64,000 bases of DNA from an uncultured Porphyromonas sp. (GCF_915070105.1 NZ_CAJZFJ010000001.1:11399-75398), one strand, 5' to 3'; numbered from the stretch's first letter, positions 9,889 to 19,715 are shown. Program-made: numbers and translations. Notes: a model not told the origin generated them from the letters alone.

Positions 9889-10214
9889 GCGTCTAAGTCT
9901 ATTCTATATATGGAGGTGGACTCTACTTGTCTGTAATTTATTGTATGATACCCCAGTCTGCTGGGTAGTCCCTTAGGGAATACTTGATACTACAAAGCTA
10001 CGAAAAACTGCGCACATTTGCCTAAAACGTGCAGTGCGCTCATCGTCAGTCCTCCTCTCGCTCTCTGTGTGGCATGCATCCCGCAGCTACTTCCCCATAC
10101 TCTACATCACCTCTCCTTCCGCCCGTAGTCACAGCTCACCCTATCCCCCAGTGTGGGCTATTGATGGGGCGATGAACTCCCTTTATATCAGGCATTCTGA
10201 GAGGGATGAAGAGA

Positions 10215-10353
10215 ACATACCGAGAAGGGGAGTATAGTACATATAATGTTCGCCTCAATCACCTATGTAAGGTGACTGGTGCGAACATACCGAGAAGAGG
10301 ATGGCGAACATATAATGGTCGTCCCTGTCACCTATGTAAGGTGATTAGAGCGC
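10215..10353. repeat. Family-B palindromic repeat: two tandem degenerate units (ACATACCGAG + hairpin)
   Basis: Two units are visible. One is ACATACCGAGaagggg...ATAATGTTCGCCTCAATCACCTATGTAAGGTGACTGGTGCGAACATACCGAG, and a second degenerate copy follows. Related copies lie at 19638..19715, 45350..45424 and 58483..58559. Confidence 0.65.
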
Positions 10354-10559
10354 ACATACCGACTCCTCTCCTAAGGGGATAATATCCCGTAGGTAGTGCG
10401 CTTGGGGAGTACGTCATACTCCATAATATAATAGGGGGACTTTTTCGCCCTCTCGTTAGGACTCGTTGGGGAAGAATGGTGGGTAGGACGGAAGATCTTT
10501 CTCATAGAGAAAGGAGGTGAACTCGTGAGGCTTACCTCTGAGAGATATATGCTTTTTGC

Positions 10560-10567
10560 TACCTTTG
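10560..10567 (+). promoter_or_regulatory. Possible Bacteroidetes-type -7 promoter element (TAccTTTG) upstream of topA
   Basis: It matches TAnnTTTG about 75 nt upstream of the topA ATG. No properly spaced -33 TTTG was found. Confidence 0.3.
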
Positions 10568-10641
10568 CAGGCAAACAGGTAGGGTAAGCCATTACGCTAC
10601 CTCCCTCACACATCTAAGCAACGCAGGGCATCCATAGATAA

Positions 10642-12996
10642 ATGAACTTAGTAATAGTAGAGTCACCCAAGAAGGCGGAGCTCATCCAAGGCTTCCTCAA
10701 GAAACATAAGCTTACAGACTATCGAGTGATGGCGAGTGCAGGCCACGTACGTGACCTGAGACAGCACTCCTTCAGCATAGACGTAGCGGACAACTTCCGT
10801 CCCGAGTATGTCATCACCGATGATAAGAAGACGCTCGTCAAGGAGCTCAAGGCACAGGCCAAGAAGGCAGACCTCGTCTACCTCGCCTCCGATGAAGACC
10901 GTGAGGGGGAGGCCATCGCTTGGCATCTCAAGGAAGCACTAGGCTTGGAGTCCGAGAAGGTACGACGTATCGTCTTCCATGAGATCACGGCAGAGGCCTT
11001 CCTGGAGGCTCTACAGCATCCTCGGGATATAGATATGAACCTCGTAGATGCTCAGCAGGCTCGCCGTGTACTAGACCGTATCGTGGGCTTCGAGCTATCG
11101 CCCGTACTATGGAAGCGTATCCGCCCCTCACTCTCTGCTGGGCGTGTGCAGTCCGTGGCTGTCCGCCTGATCGTAGACCGAGAGCGAGAGATCAATGCCT
11201 TCGTCCCGCAGTCAGCCTTTAGGCTACAAGCAGACTTTGCCCTCTCCTCGGGAGAGAGCCTACGCACGGAGCTCAATCACCGCTTCGCAGATGAGCAGGA
11301 GGCACGTGCCCTGATGCAGTCCTGCCTGACCCTACCCTTTGCGATCGGATCTATCACACGTCGCCCTGCACGCCGATCCCCAGCAGCACCCTTCACGACC
11401 TCTACGCTACAGCAGGAGGCAGCACATAAGCTTGGCTACTCAGTCTCTCAGACGATGCGCCTAGCGCAGTCCCTCTATGAGTCGGGGCACATCACTTATA
11501 TGCGTACCGACTCGGTGAACCTCTCCAACCAGGCTCTCAATGCCATCGCCCAGCAGATCGCACGACACCCAGGTAAGGAGTACCACCAGCCACGCAAGTA
11601 CCAGACCAAGAGCAAGGGAGCACAGGAGGCGCACGAAGCCATTCGCCCTACCTATATAGATAGAGAGCAGGTCGATGGTACCCCGCAGGAGCAGCGTCTC
11701 TATGACCTGATCCGCAAGCGTACCCTAGCCTCGCAGATGGCTGATGCCCAGCTAGAGCGCACAGTAGTGACCCTACCTGTCGAGGGCTCGGAGTATGCCT
11801 TCACGGCACAAGGGGAGGTGATCACCTTCCGTGGCTTCCTAGATGTATACATGGAGTCAGCGGCAGAAGATGGGACACCCGAGACAACGAAGCTCCTCCC
11901 ACCTATGAAGGAGGGGGAAAGCCTTACTCTCACGAAGCTCCTCGCAGAGGAACGATTTACCCAGCGTCCCCCACGCTACACCGAGGCCTCGATGGTTAGC
12001 AAGATGGAGGAGCTCGGTATCGGTCGCCCCTCCACCTATGCCCCTACGATCCAGACGATCCAGAACCGTGGCTATGTAGAGCGTGCTGACCGTGAGGGGC
12101 AGGAGCGCAACTACGTCGTCCTCAGCAGTGACGGCGGTGCGATCAAGCGTCAGGTGCGTAAGGAACTCTATGGCGCCGACAAGGGCAAGCTCGTCCCTAC
12201 GGATGTGGGGATCGTCGTCAATGACTTCCTCGTCGCCCAGTTCCCCAGCATCGTGGACTATAACTTCACGGCGAGCGTAGAGTCGGAGTTTGACACTATA
12301 GCCGAAGGGGGGAATGCCTGGACGGGGACTATTGGTTCCTTCTACGAAGACTTCCATCCCACCGTAGAGCGAGTGAGCACAGAGCGTAGTGAGCATCGTG
12401 TCGGACAGCGTATCTTAGGTGAGCAGCCGGGTACCGGCCTTCAGGTCTCGGTGAGCATCGGTCGCTACGGCCCCATGGCACAGCTAGGCACGGCAGAGGA
12501 TGAGCAGAAGCCACGCTTCGCCTCCCTACAGTCTGGGCAGTCGCTCGAGACCATTACACTAGAGGAAGCTCTATCCCTCTTCGACCTACCCAAGGTAATC
12601 GGAGAGTACGAGGGTGAGCCCCTTACCGTGGCAAACGGACGCTTTGGCCCCTATGTGCGTCACAAGGCCAAGTACTATAGCCTGCCCAAGGATATGGATC
12701 CCCTCTCCTGCACCCAGGAGCAGGCCATCCAGCTCATTCAGGAAAAGCATGCCAGCGAGGAGAAGAGTCTCCTCAAGACCTTCGCTGAGGACGCTGAACT
12801 CCAGATACGTGATGGGCGCTTCGGCCCCTACATGAAGTACAAGGGGGGGAACTACAAGCTCCCCAAGGATGTCGATCCCCAAAGCCTCTCCTATGAGGAC
12901 TGCATGAAGATCGTCTCCGAAGCTCCCGCCAAGCCTGCTCGCAAGAGTTCGGCAAGCAAGGGTACGACGACCCGAGGACGTAAGTCCAAGGCCTAG
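10642..12996 (+). CDS. topA: DNA topoisomerase I
   Basis: The Toprim region is present (VIVESPKKA, LASDEDREGEAIAWH). The active-site tyrosine motif GHITYMRTDS is present. The 784-aa protein has a basic C-terminal tail. Confidence 0.95.
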   Translation: MNLVIVESPKKAELIQGFLKKHKLTDYRVMASAGHVRDLRQHSFSIDVADNFRPEYVITDDKKTLVKELKAQAKKADLVYLASDEDREGEAIAWHLKEALGLESEKVRRIVFHEITAEAFLEALQHPRDIDMNLVDAQQARRVLDRIVGFELSPVLWKRIRPSLSAGRVQSVAVRLIVDREREINAFVPQSAFRLQADFALSSGESLRTELNHRFADEQEARALMQSCLTLPFAIGSITRRPARRSPAAPFTTSTLQQEAAHKLGYSVSQTMRLAQSLYESGHITYMRTDSVNLSNQALNAIAQQIARHPGKEYHQPRKYQTKSKGAQEAHEAIRPTYIDREQVDGTPQEQRLYDLIRKRTLASQMADAQLERTVVTLPVEGSEYAFTAQGEVITFRGFLDVYMESAAEDGTPETTKLLPPMKEGESLTLTKLLAEERFTQRPPRYTEASMVSKMEELGIGRPSTYAPTIQTIQNRGYVERADREGQERNYVVLSSDGGAIKRQVRKELYGADKGKLVPTDVGIVVNDFLVAQFPSIVDYNFTASVESEFDTIAEGGNAWTGTIGSFYEDFHPTVERVSTERSEHRVGQRILGEQPGTGLQVSVSIGRYGPMAQLGTAEDEQKPRFASLQSGQSLETITLEEALSLFDLPKVIGEYEGEPLTVANGRFGPYVRHKAKYYSLPKDMDPLSCTQEQAIQLIQEKHASEEKSLLKTFAEDAELQIRDGRFGPYMKYKGGNYKLPKDVDPQSLSYEDCMKIVSEAPAKPARKSSASKGTTTRGRKSKA

Positions 12997-13017
12997 CCTC
13001 CACCTCGTCCTCCCGAT

Positions 13018-13776
13018 ATGCGCTACTTCATCACCCTTAGCTACGATGGTACGGCCTATAGTGGCTGGCAGACGCAGCCCAGTGCCGTGACTGTACAGGA
13101 GACGATCGAGCAAGCTCTAGGCACGATCCTTCGCTCACCCACACCGATCCCTATCGTAGGGGCAGGGAGGACAGATGCAGGGGTGCATGCTCGGGGAATG
13201 GTCGCCCATGTAGACCTACCTTTGGAGCTAGAGGAGGTGCGAGAGCTTGTCTTCCGTGCCGACCGCTTCCTGCCCAAGGACATCGCACTACACGGAGTGC
13301 AGGCAGTACGTGAGGAGGCGCATGCTCGATTCAGTGCTACCTACCGCACCTACCGATACTATGTGACGCTGAGGAAGAACCCCTTCGCAGAGGGGCGTAT
13401 GCTCCGCTTGTACTTCCCTATGGACTTCGAGCGGATGAATGAGGCTGCACAAAGGCTGATGGACTACGAGGACTTTACCAGCTTCAGTAAGCTCCATACA
13501 GATGTAAAGACGAATGATTGCCGTGTCCTAGAGGCCTATTGGCAGATAGGAGCAGAGGAGGGGATGTGGATCTTCACCATCACGGCTGACCGCTTCCTGC
13601 GTAATATGGTACGTGCCATTGTAGGGACACTCTTCGCCGTCGGTAAGTCTCGTCTCTCTGTTGAGGACTTTGCTGCGATCATCGCTGCCAAGGATCGAGC
13701 TCTAGCAGGAGCCTCTGCCCCTGCTCACGCACTCTACCTAGAGGCAGTTGGCTATCCAGAGGAGCTCTACCTCTAG
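13018..13776 (+). CDS. truA: tRNA pseudouridine(38-40) synthase
   Basis: GAGRTDAGVHARGMVAHVD contains the catalytic Asp motif. The length is 252 aa. Confidence 0.9.
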   Translation: MRYFITLSYDGTAYSGWQTQPSAVTVQETIEQALGTILRSPTPIPIVGAGRTDAGVHARGMVAHVDLPLELEEVRELVFRADRFLPKDIALHGVQAVREEAHARFSATYRTYRYYVTLRKNPFAEGRMLRLYFPMDFERMNEAAQRLMDYEDFTSFSKLHTDVKTNDCRVLEAYWQIGAEEGMWIFTITADRFLRNMVRAIVGTLFAVGKSRLSVEDFAAIIAAKDRALAGASAPAHALYLEAVGYPEELYL

Positions 13777-13831
13777 TCTCTTTGGCTCCCATCGTTAGCA
13801 GTATTCATTGCTTACTCTAGGCTTGACTCGT

Positions 13832-13870
13832 GGGCTACTACTCTCGTTGGGTAGTAGCCTTTCTTTTTTC
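13832..13870 (+). terminator. Intrinsic terminator after truA
   Basis: A GGCTACTAC...GTAGTAGCC stem is followed by TTTCTTTTTT. Confidence 0.75.
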
Positions 13871-13968
13871 GATAATACTTCCTAGCTGGTAATTACCAAG
13901 ATTACGCTCTAGGGCTCTCCTTCGTCTGCTTTGATTTTAGGTTAGTATTTCAATACCGAAATAAAAGA

Positions 13969-14056
13969 CTTCGCCCCCCAAGGTCTAGCTAGACCTTGGG
14001 GGGCGAAGTTCCTTTTAGCTCCTCTCGTGTATGCTACGGAGAGCATACACGAGAGG
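13969..14056. terminator. Two adjacent perfect hairpins in the convergent gap (truA + / transglutaminase-like -)
   Basis: The first hairpin is CTTCGCCCCCCAAGGTCTAgcTAGACCTTGGGGGGCGAAG (13969..14008), followed by TTCCTTTT on the plus strand. The second is CCTCTCGTGTATGCTacggaGAGCATACACGAGAGG (14021..14056), directly after the minus-strand stop at 14065. Confidence 0.5.
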
Positions 14057-14064
14057 ATGATAGC

Positions 14065-16773
14065 TTAGGGCTGGGTGCAGGTACGTGTTGGCTCGGTGCA
14101 CTGCTCCTGCTCGAGGGCGGTGATCACACTGCGTAGCTGACGACCGAGACCGATCGTGTAGCCCTGTGAGACGAAGACGACACGATTGAAGGTATCTGCG
14201 ATAACAAAGACAGGCAGGTCGCCACTACGTAGCTTCATCGAGGTGCGTAGCTCATCTAGTATCTTGCCCGTGGCATCGATGCCGAAGACAGTACCCTTCG
14301 GTAGACCTTGGAAGTCCTCACTGCGGTAGCGTGAGCGACTTGTCTCGTCCTTGAAGAGGAGCACAAGGCTACGCCCCCAGTGCTCGAAGACTTCACGCTC
14401 GGCGATGATGTCCTTGAGGGCATGATTTGTAGGCTCTTCGCCAGCTCCGAGAATACCTAGGATGTAGTAGCCTCGGCCTGTGGTAGAGAGGAGCGAGCGC
14501 TCCTGAGGCTGTGCTGCCGTGATGTCGGAGGTCTTAGTCAAGGACTGAGCCTCTCCGAGGTAGCCGTAGAGGTTCTCCGAGTTGAAGCTCCCGAGGACAG
14601 CTACAGCGGTGGTGTCTCTACGCATCACGAGAGCTTCGTCTGTGGTCTTGCCTGCAGAGATCGATAGGGTCTTGACATTGACGAGTACGCTACCACTAGC
14701 AAGTCTGGAGCCAGAGACGAGGAGGTAGTGCCCTGCATCCATGGGGGCGCCATCCTTGAAGGTCTTTGCCCACGAAGTGCCTTGCTCTAGGCCATTGTCT
14801 CCTTCGTCATAGCTCAGTAGGTCGAGTGAGCCATCCTTCCCGAACTTAGATAGGGTGAACTGATAGTAGTACTTCGGATTGTCGATGATACCATTGTCCT
14901 TGTAGCTTAGGCGAAGTGTCCCCTGCTGGGCAGTAGCCTTGTGTGCGCTAGCCTCGAAGGTCACATCGTGCCAAGCCTTGCCCTCGTAGTACTGTACCTT
15001 ACCCGTGACACCATCAATGCGGGCAGGCCAGCCCATGGTACGAGCGAGTGATACGAAGAAGATGCCCAGTGAGTGGCGGTCAGCTCGTCTCGTGCGCCAT
15101 ACGCCGAGTGGCTCGATGGGATAGGAGAGCGGGTTGTTTGCCTCATCTATCGTGATGGAGCGGATGCACCACTGACGTAGCGCCTCGGGGCTACTGCGGA
15201 AGGCCTTCTGTAGCTCCTGAGGTACGGCAGAGAGGAATAGGCTCTTGTAGCTGGTCAGGGGCTCGGTAGATACTCTAGGGTTGTAGATATAGTTCATCAC
15301 GAGCGCAGCATCGGAGGCGAAGGCTTCGAGGGGCTGGGTATTCGTGAGGTGATCCCTCAGTACCTCTAGCTCTACGTCTCGTAGGTCCTTGGCGGAGATC
15401 ACACGTAGGAGCGCTAGAGCCTGCTCCTTATCCTTAGCTGTGTCTACGAAGGTACGTATCGTCTGCCAGTTGCCTCGTGCATCGAGACCATCAAGCTGCT
15501 TCGTGAGGAAGGTCGATACATAGCGCACTCGTATGGAGTCCTCCTCAGCCATACGGCGATCATTCTCGGCACGCTGCTCCTTGGTCACCTCGGGGTAGCG
15601 AGCATCTTCTCTAGGAGGGGTGATGGTGAAGTCTAGGTCCAGCTTCTCCTCGGGGCTATGGTTAAGGGTGAGGCGCACAAGGCTATCTTTGCCAAAGGTC
15701 ACCTGCTGCAGTCCGTAGCGGAAGCTATTGCCCACAGCCCGACTAGCGTACAGGATCATGTCCCCTCTACCGGCTATGAAGGTCGTACGTCCCTTGGCAT
15801 CTGTCTTCTGGCGAGCTACGGTGTGGAATTCTCCGTAGTTGTACACCTTGAAGTCTACCGAGGTGTGGGGCAGAGCTTGTCCCTTAGCGTCTACGACCTC
15901 TACGATGATCTTGCCCGTGTGGGCATAGTTATCTATGACATTGATCTCCGTATAGGTCGGGGTACGACTGATGACAGCCTCGGGGCCATCATAGCGTCCG
16001 AAGGCCTTGGTATGTACGAGCATAGCACGAGAGACGGGTGCGTTGAACCAAGCTAGGTTGAGCACAGGCTCGGGCTCACATGCCCCGAGGAAGTACCACT
16101 GCCCATCTACCCAAGCCTCTACCCAGGCATGGTTATCATCCGTATGTGCCCAGCGTGGGGTATAGACCTGACGGGCTGGGATGCCTATGGTACGTAGGGC
16201 TGCGACGAGGAGCGTGGACTCCTCTCCACAACGCCCGTAGGCAGTACGGATGGTCGCTAGAGGTGAGGAGGTGCGGGAGTCACTTGGTGTATAGACTACG
16301 TGCTCGTGACACCAGTGGTTGACCTCCAGTACAGCCTCCTTCAGGGATAGCCCCTTCACCCGATCCTTCAGCTCATCGTAGAGGACGAGGCGAGCCGAGT
16401 CGAGGGCTTCGTTATTGACTCGTGGCGGGAGCACGAAGTGTAGCCACTCAAGCTGGGGTACACTCTTACCCCAGGGAAGCTCCTGTCGAGCCCTGAGAGA
16501 GCTACGTACGTGGTCGAGGAAGAACTGACCCGAGCGGTTGATGAGGTCGTTGCTCGGCATGTAGGCGTAGAGGAAGGTGAGGGCATCACGCTCCTCTGGA
16601 GTCATTTTGCTCTGGAAGATGTCGAAGATCTTGCCTTCCTTGAAGGCAGCCCTTCGCTTCGCTAGGTCACTCTGGACCTGTATGGTCTGCCGACTGGGCT
16701 TCTTTACCTCCTTCGCCTGCCCTAGGGTCGGTAGGAGGGCAAGGGCGAGGGTAAATATCATCCGTGTGCGCAT
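14065..16773 (-). CDS. Secreted transglutaminase-like (papain-fold Cys/His/Asp) domain protein, 902 aa
   Basis: A signal peptide is present (MRTRMIFTLALALLPTLGQA). The transglutaminase core is visible as YGRCGEESTLLVAALRTIGIPARQV...DDNHAWVEAWVDGQWYFLGACEP. Confidence 0.7.
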   Translation of the reverse strand: MRTRMIFTLALALLPTLGQAKEVKKPSRQTIQVQSDLAKRRAAFKEGKIFDIFQSKMTPEERDALTFLYAYMPSNDLINRSGQFFLDHVRSSLRARQELPWGKSVPQLEWLHFVLPPRVNNEALDSARLVLYDELKDRVKGLSLKEAVLEVNHWCHEHVVYTPSDSRTSSPLATIRTAYGRCGEESTLLVAALRTIGIPARQVYTPRWAHTDDNHAWVEAWVDGQWYFLGACEPEPVLNLAWFNAPVSRAMLVHTKAFGRYDGPEAVISRTPTYTEINVIDNYAHTGKIIVEVVDAKGQALPHTSVDFKVYNYGEFHTVARQKTDAKGRTTFIAGRGDMILYASRAVGNSFRYGLQQVTFGKDSLVRLTLNHSPEEKLDLDFTITPPREDARYPEVTKEQRAENDRRMAEEDSIRVRYVSTFLTKQLDGLDARGNWQTIRTFVDTAKDKEQALALLRVISAKDLRDVELEVLRDHLTNTQPLEAFASDAALVMNYIYNPRVSTEPLTSYKSLFLSAVPQELQKAFRSSPEALRQWCIRSITIDEANNPLSYPIEPLGVWRTRRADRHSLGIFFVSLARTMGWPARIDGVTGKVQYYEGKAWHDVTFEASAHKATAQQGTLRLSYKDNGIIDNPKYYYQFTLSKFGKDGSLDLLSYDEGDNGLEQGTSWAKTFKDGAPMDAGHYLLVSGSRLASGSVLVNVKTLSISAGKTTDEALVMRRDTTAVAVLGSFNSENLYGYLGEAQSLTKTSDITAAQPQERSLLSTTGRGYYILGILGAGEEPTNHALKDIIAEREVFEHWGRSLVLLFKDETSRSRYRSEDFQGLPKGTVFGIDATGKILDELRTSMKLRSGDLPVFVIADTFNRVVFVSQGYTIGLGRQLRSVITALEQEQCTEPTRTCTQP

Positions 16774-16801
16774 ATTGTCTGTATGAAGGTACTTTATGTT
16801 G

Positions 16802-17554
16802 CTATGAGTGTAGTTGCTTGAGTGCAGAGAGTGCAGAGCGTATCAGCTCGGGGTCGGTCTCTAGGAGGCTGTACTCGTCTATGGTGACTGTCCCGCCCAT
16901 GGAGACCCCTGCGTGTCGGTAGAGCATACCACTAGGGGTAGGGTGACGAGCCGAGAAGTGGAACTCGCTAGCTCCCGTACGCTCAGCTAGCTGAGCTATG
17001 TTTGTCGGGTTCACACCACTACCTGGCATGATGACGATACGGCCTGCAGCCTGCCGGACCATACGAGCGAGCTCATCGGCTCCCTCTAGGGCGGTATTGT
17101 GTCCGCCTGAGGTCAGTACGTGCGAGCAGCCGAGGTCTATGATGGTCTCCAGCGCAGCCTCCCTATCCCGGCACATATCGATCGCTCTATGGAAGGTCAC
17201 GCTCATCCCACCAGCTGCCTCGATGAGCCGAGCCATGAGCGGTCTATCGACCTCCCCCTCAGGGGTAAGGCAGCCGATGACCACTCCATCTACGCCGATG
17301 CGCTTAGCCTGCTCGATGTCGTGGAGCATGATCTCCTGCTCGATCGGGGTGTAGAGGAAGTCCCCTCCACGGGGGCGAATGATGACGTTGAGCTTGATGT
17401 CTAGGAGGCGACGAGCGGTACAGATCTCGCCATAGCTCGGGGTCGTGCCTCCCTCAGGTAGGGCTGCACAGAGCTCTACTCGGTAGGCACCTCCCTGCTG
17501 TGCCCTGAGGGCACTGGTGGCAGAGGAAGCACAGTTCTCTATACGATAGTCCAT
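16802..17554 (-). CDS. cutC: Copper homeostasis protein CutC family
   Basis: From the internal Met onward the protein matches CutC: MDYRIENCASSATSALRAQQGGAYRVELCAAL...IIRPRGGDF. The listed ORF's 79-aa N-terminal extension overlaps the fucosidase gene in another frame and is presumably not translated. Confidence 0.75.
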   Translation of the reverse strand: MDYRIENCASSATSALRAQQGGAYRVELCAALPEGGTTPSYGEICTARRLLDIKLNVIIRPRGGDFLYTPIEQEIMLHDIEQAKRIGVDGVVIGCLTPEGEVDRPLMARLIEAAGGMSVTFHRAIDMCRDREAALETIIDLGCSHVLTSGGHNTALEGADELARMVRQAAGRIVIMPGSGVNPTNIAQLAERTGASEFHFSARHPTPSGMLYRHAGVSMGGTVTIDEYSLLETDPELIRSALSALKQLHS

Positions 17555-17562
17555 GTGCGCCC

Positions 17563-18891
17563 TTACTTGAGTGTAACCTCGACGATATAGTCGATGGCAT
17601 TGAGCTCGTGTGGAGCCTTGTCGAAGGTCAGGGTCAGCCCCGCCTTGGTCTGGGTGTAGGGGATGGGACGCTGAGTGTCGAAGGAGACAACACGCTGTAC
17701 TCGATCCGTCAGAGGTAGGGAGAGCATGCGGCTCTTCCAGTCGAGGATGTGTAGGTAGAGCGTCTTGCCTCGCTGGGTGGTCACACCCCATTCCAGAGGG
17801 GGCAGGATTCCCTCACGTACACCATCCTTGACGGTCTTGCCATAGACCTTCATCCAGGAGCCGATCTTGGCTAGGCGGTCTAGTGCGAGGGCAGGGAGGG
17901 CACCCGAGGGTTCAGGGCCGATGTTCAGTAGGAGGTTAGCATTGCGTCCTGCTGTCTGTACAAGTAGGCGGATGAGGGTGGTGTCGGACTTGTAGTTCTG
18001 GTCGATGATCTTGTAGCCCCACATACCATTCATCGTCTGACAAGTCTCTAGGGGGAGCTTACTGATGTCTTGACCTGATAGCCCTGCGGTGTTAGCTCCG
18101 GGGACGTCTCGCTCAAACATCTGGAAGTCCTCGCCTTGATGTGGTGCGCTATGGTGGTTGTTCCCGATCAGGCAGGCTGGGTTGATCTTATGGATATTGG
18201 CGTACATCTTGTCATATCGCCAGTCGAAGCCTGGGTTCTCATCCTGATCCCACTCTCCGTCCAGCCAGATAGCCTCTGCTCCGTAGTCTCGTACGAGCTC
18301 GGCAAGCTGTGCGTTCATGAAGGCATCGTAAGTGTCCCAGCTACCGTGGCTCTTGCGACCCGTACCTCGTCCTGTACGTCCGATGGGGTAGTAGTCCTCA
18401 CGATGCCAGTCAAGGATGGAGTAATAGATATGGAAGCCCAAGCCCTGCTTGCGGCACTCATCCCTCAGCTCTGCGAGGATGTCTCGGCGGAAGGGGGTAG
18501 CCTTGACGATGTTGTAGTCGCTCTGTTTCGTGTCCCACATAGAGAAGCTATCGTGGTGGCGCGAGGTGATGGTTAGGTAGCCTGCTCCCGAGGCCTTGAT
18601 GGCACTTACCCAAGCTGCGGCATCGAAGTGAGAGGGATAGAAGCCAGCGGCGGCCTTGGCATACTCGGCATGGTCGATATTGGCATTGGTCATATACCAC
18701 TCGCCTTGAGCGAAGGTGCTGTAGAGTCCCCAGTGGAGGAAGATCCCAAAGCCCTTGTCACGGAAGGCCTCACGTGCCTGGAGGTTCTCCTTCGTAGGCT
18801 TGTAGTCCTGCTGGGCTGAGGCATGCGGAGAGGAGGCAAGGAGCCCAAGAGCTATCCCTGCAGCATAGAGCGTAGTACGTACACTATTCAT
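17563..18891 (-). CDS. Alpha-L-fucosidase, GH29
   Basis: A signal peptide is present. GH29 hallmarks are present (GFGIFLHWGLYS, ITSRHHDSFSMWDT). The length is 442 aa. Confidence 0.85.
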   Translation of the reverse strand: MNSVRTTLYAAGIALGLLASSPHASAQQDYKPTKENLQAREAFRDKGFGIFLHWGLYSTFAQGEWYMTNANIDHAEYAKAAAGFYPSHFDAAAWVSAIKASGAGYLTITSRHHDSFSMWDTKQSDYNIVKATPFRRDILAELRDECRKQGLGFHIYYSILDWHREDYYPIGRTGRGTGRKSHGSWDTYDAFMNAQLAELVRDYGAEAIWLDGEWDQDENPGFDWRYDKMYANIHKINPACLIGNNHHSAPHQGEDFQMFERDVPGANTAGLSGQDISKLPLETCQTMNGMWGYKIIDQNYKSDTTLIRLLVQTAGRNANLLLNIGPEPSGALPALALDRLAKIGSWMKVYGKTVKDGVREGILPPLEWGVTTQRGKTLYLHILDWKSRMLSLPLTDRVQRVVSFDTQRPIPYTQTKAGLTLTFDKAPHELNAIDYIVEVTLK

Positions 18892-19066
18892 ATCAAATCA
18901 AGCAAAAGAAGTTAATTGTATGCTATATAGTTTGTATACCAAAGATAACGAATTCCTTAGATAACCAGCCCTCCAATTGAGCAAAATGACACATGTATGC
19001 TCTCCCCCTTCGCAAAGGGGACGACGCATGATCTCGCTCACACACTCCAGCCTTTAGATCTTTGGG

Positions 19067-19303
19067 GGTATCATTTCATATCCTAGGGAGCCCTAGCTCA
19101 TCCCTAGAGATCCTAGACATTATCTCTAAGAAACAGATATACAAGCGAGCCCTACAGAGGATATACTTAGAGCGTACTTGTGTACACGCGTGTATACAGT
19201 TGTGTACACGTGGGTATACAGTTGTGTACACACGTGTATACTCATCCCTCCTAGGTAGGAGGTATTCGCTTGGCATATCTACACCTAGCGGACACTTCTA
19301 TCT
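19067..19303 (-). repeat. Family-A repeat element copy 1 (contains 62-bp GTGTAYAC octamer array at 19180..19241)
   Basis: It aligns at about 85% identity with reverse-complemented or direct copies at 27683..27810, 44942..45173 and 57870..58087. Confidence 0.7.
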
Positions 19304-19637
19304 TTTCGGCCTATGCTCCTTGAGAACCTTGCCCTCGCACTATGGTGATTTCATGCGTCAGCCCTACCCATTTTATTGAGCCAAAAGACAAGAGAGTGTT
19401 GTCTCCCTCTGTGTGGGGGGATGTATAAAAGTGGCTAAACCCATCCTATCCTCCTACGGGGGATGGCTCTAGCCATCCTAAGAAGGAGGGAAGTGGAGGG
19501 AAAATGCTCCTTGATATAGGGAGTAAGTGGGGATCCCAGTGCAGGTAACAATGGATGAGTCCTAAGCCGTTCATACCTCCTATGTGTTGGGCTTTTCCAG
19601 AGGGTTGGAGAGGAGATACTGAGAGGGGTAAATCGGT

Positions 19638-19715
19638 CTCGGTATGTTCGCACTCGTCATCTTACATAGGTGATGGGTGCGAACATACCGAGTCCTCTAG
19701 TGCGAACATACCGAG
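19638..19715. repeat. Family-B palindrome copy
   Basis: The sequence is CTCGGTATGTTCGCactcgTCATCTTACATAGGTGATGGGTGCGAACATACCGAG, followed by a direct repeat of TGCGAACATACCGAGTCCTCT. Confidence 0.65.

Noticed and set aside
16802-17791. Listed 329-aa ORF for cutC overlapping the 3' end of the fucosidase gene
   Set aside because: The first 79 codons overlap the fucosidase CDS in another frame and are Arg/Pro/His-rich nonsense. CutC homology starts at the internal MDYRIENC, so the start was moved to 17554.
19180-19241. Possible CRISPR array (short direct repeats)
   Set aside because: Units are 8-bp palindromes at 10/12-bp spacing with no unique spacers. The total length is 62 bp, and there are no cas genes, so this is not CRISPR.
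19076-19276. Small ORFs spanning the GTGTAYAC arrays (19076..19276 -, 27632..27841 +, 44939..45226 -) with similar peptides (..TRVYTxVYxRVHNCIHxCTQ..)
   Set aside because: The similarity is just the repeat translated (GTGTACAC gives V-Y-T). The frames have no RBS or start context, differ in orientation relative to the element, and have no conserved ends. I treat them as non-coding.
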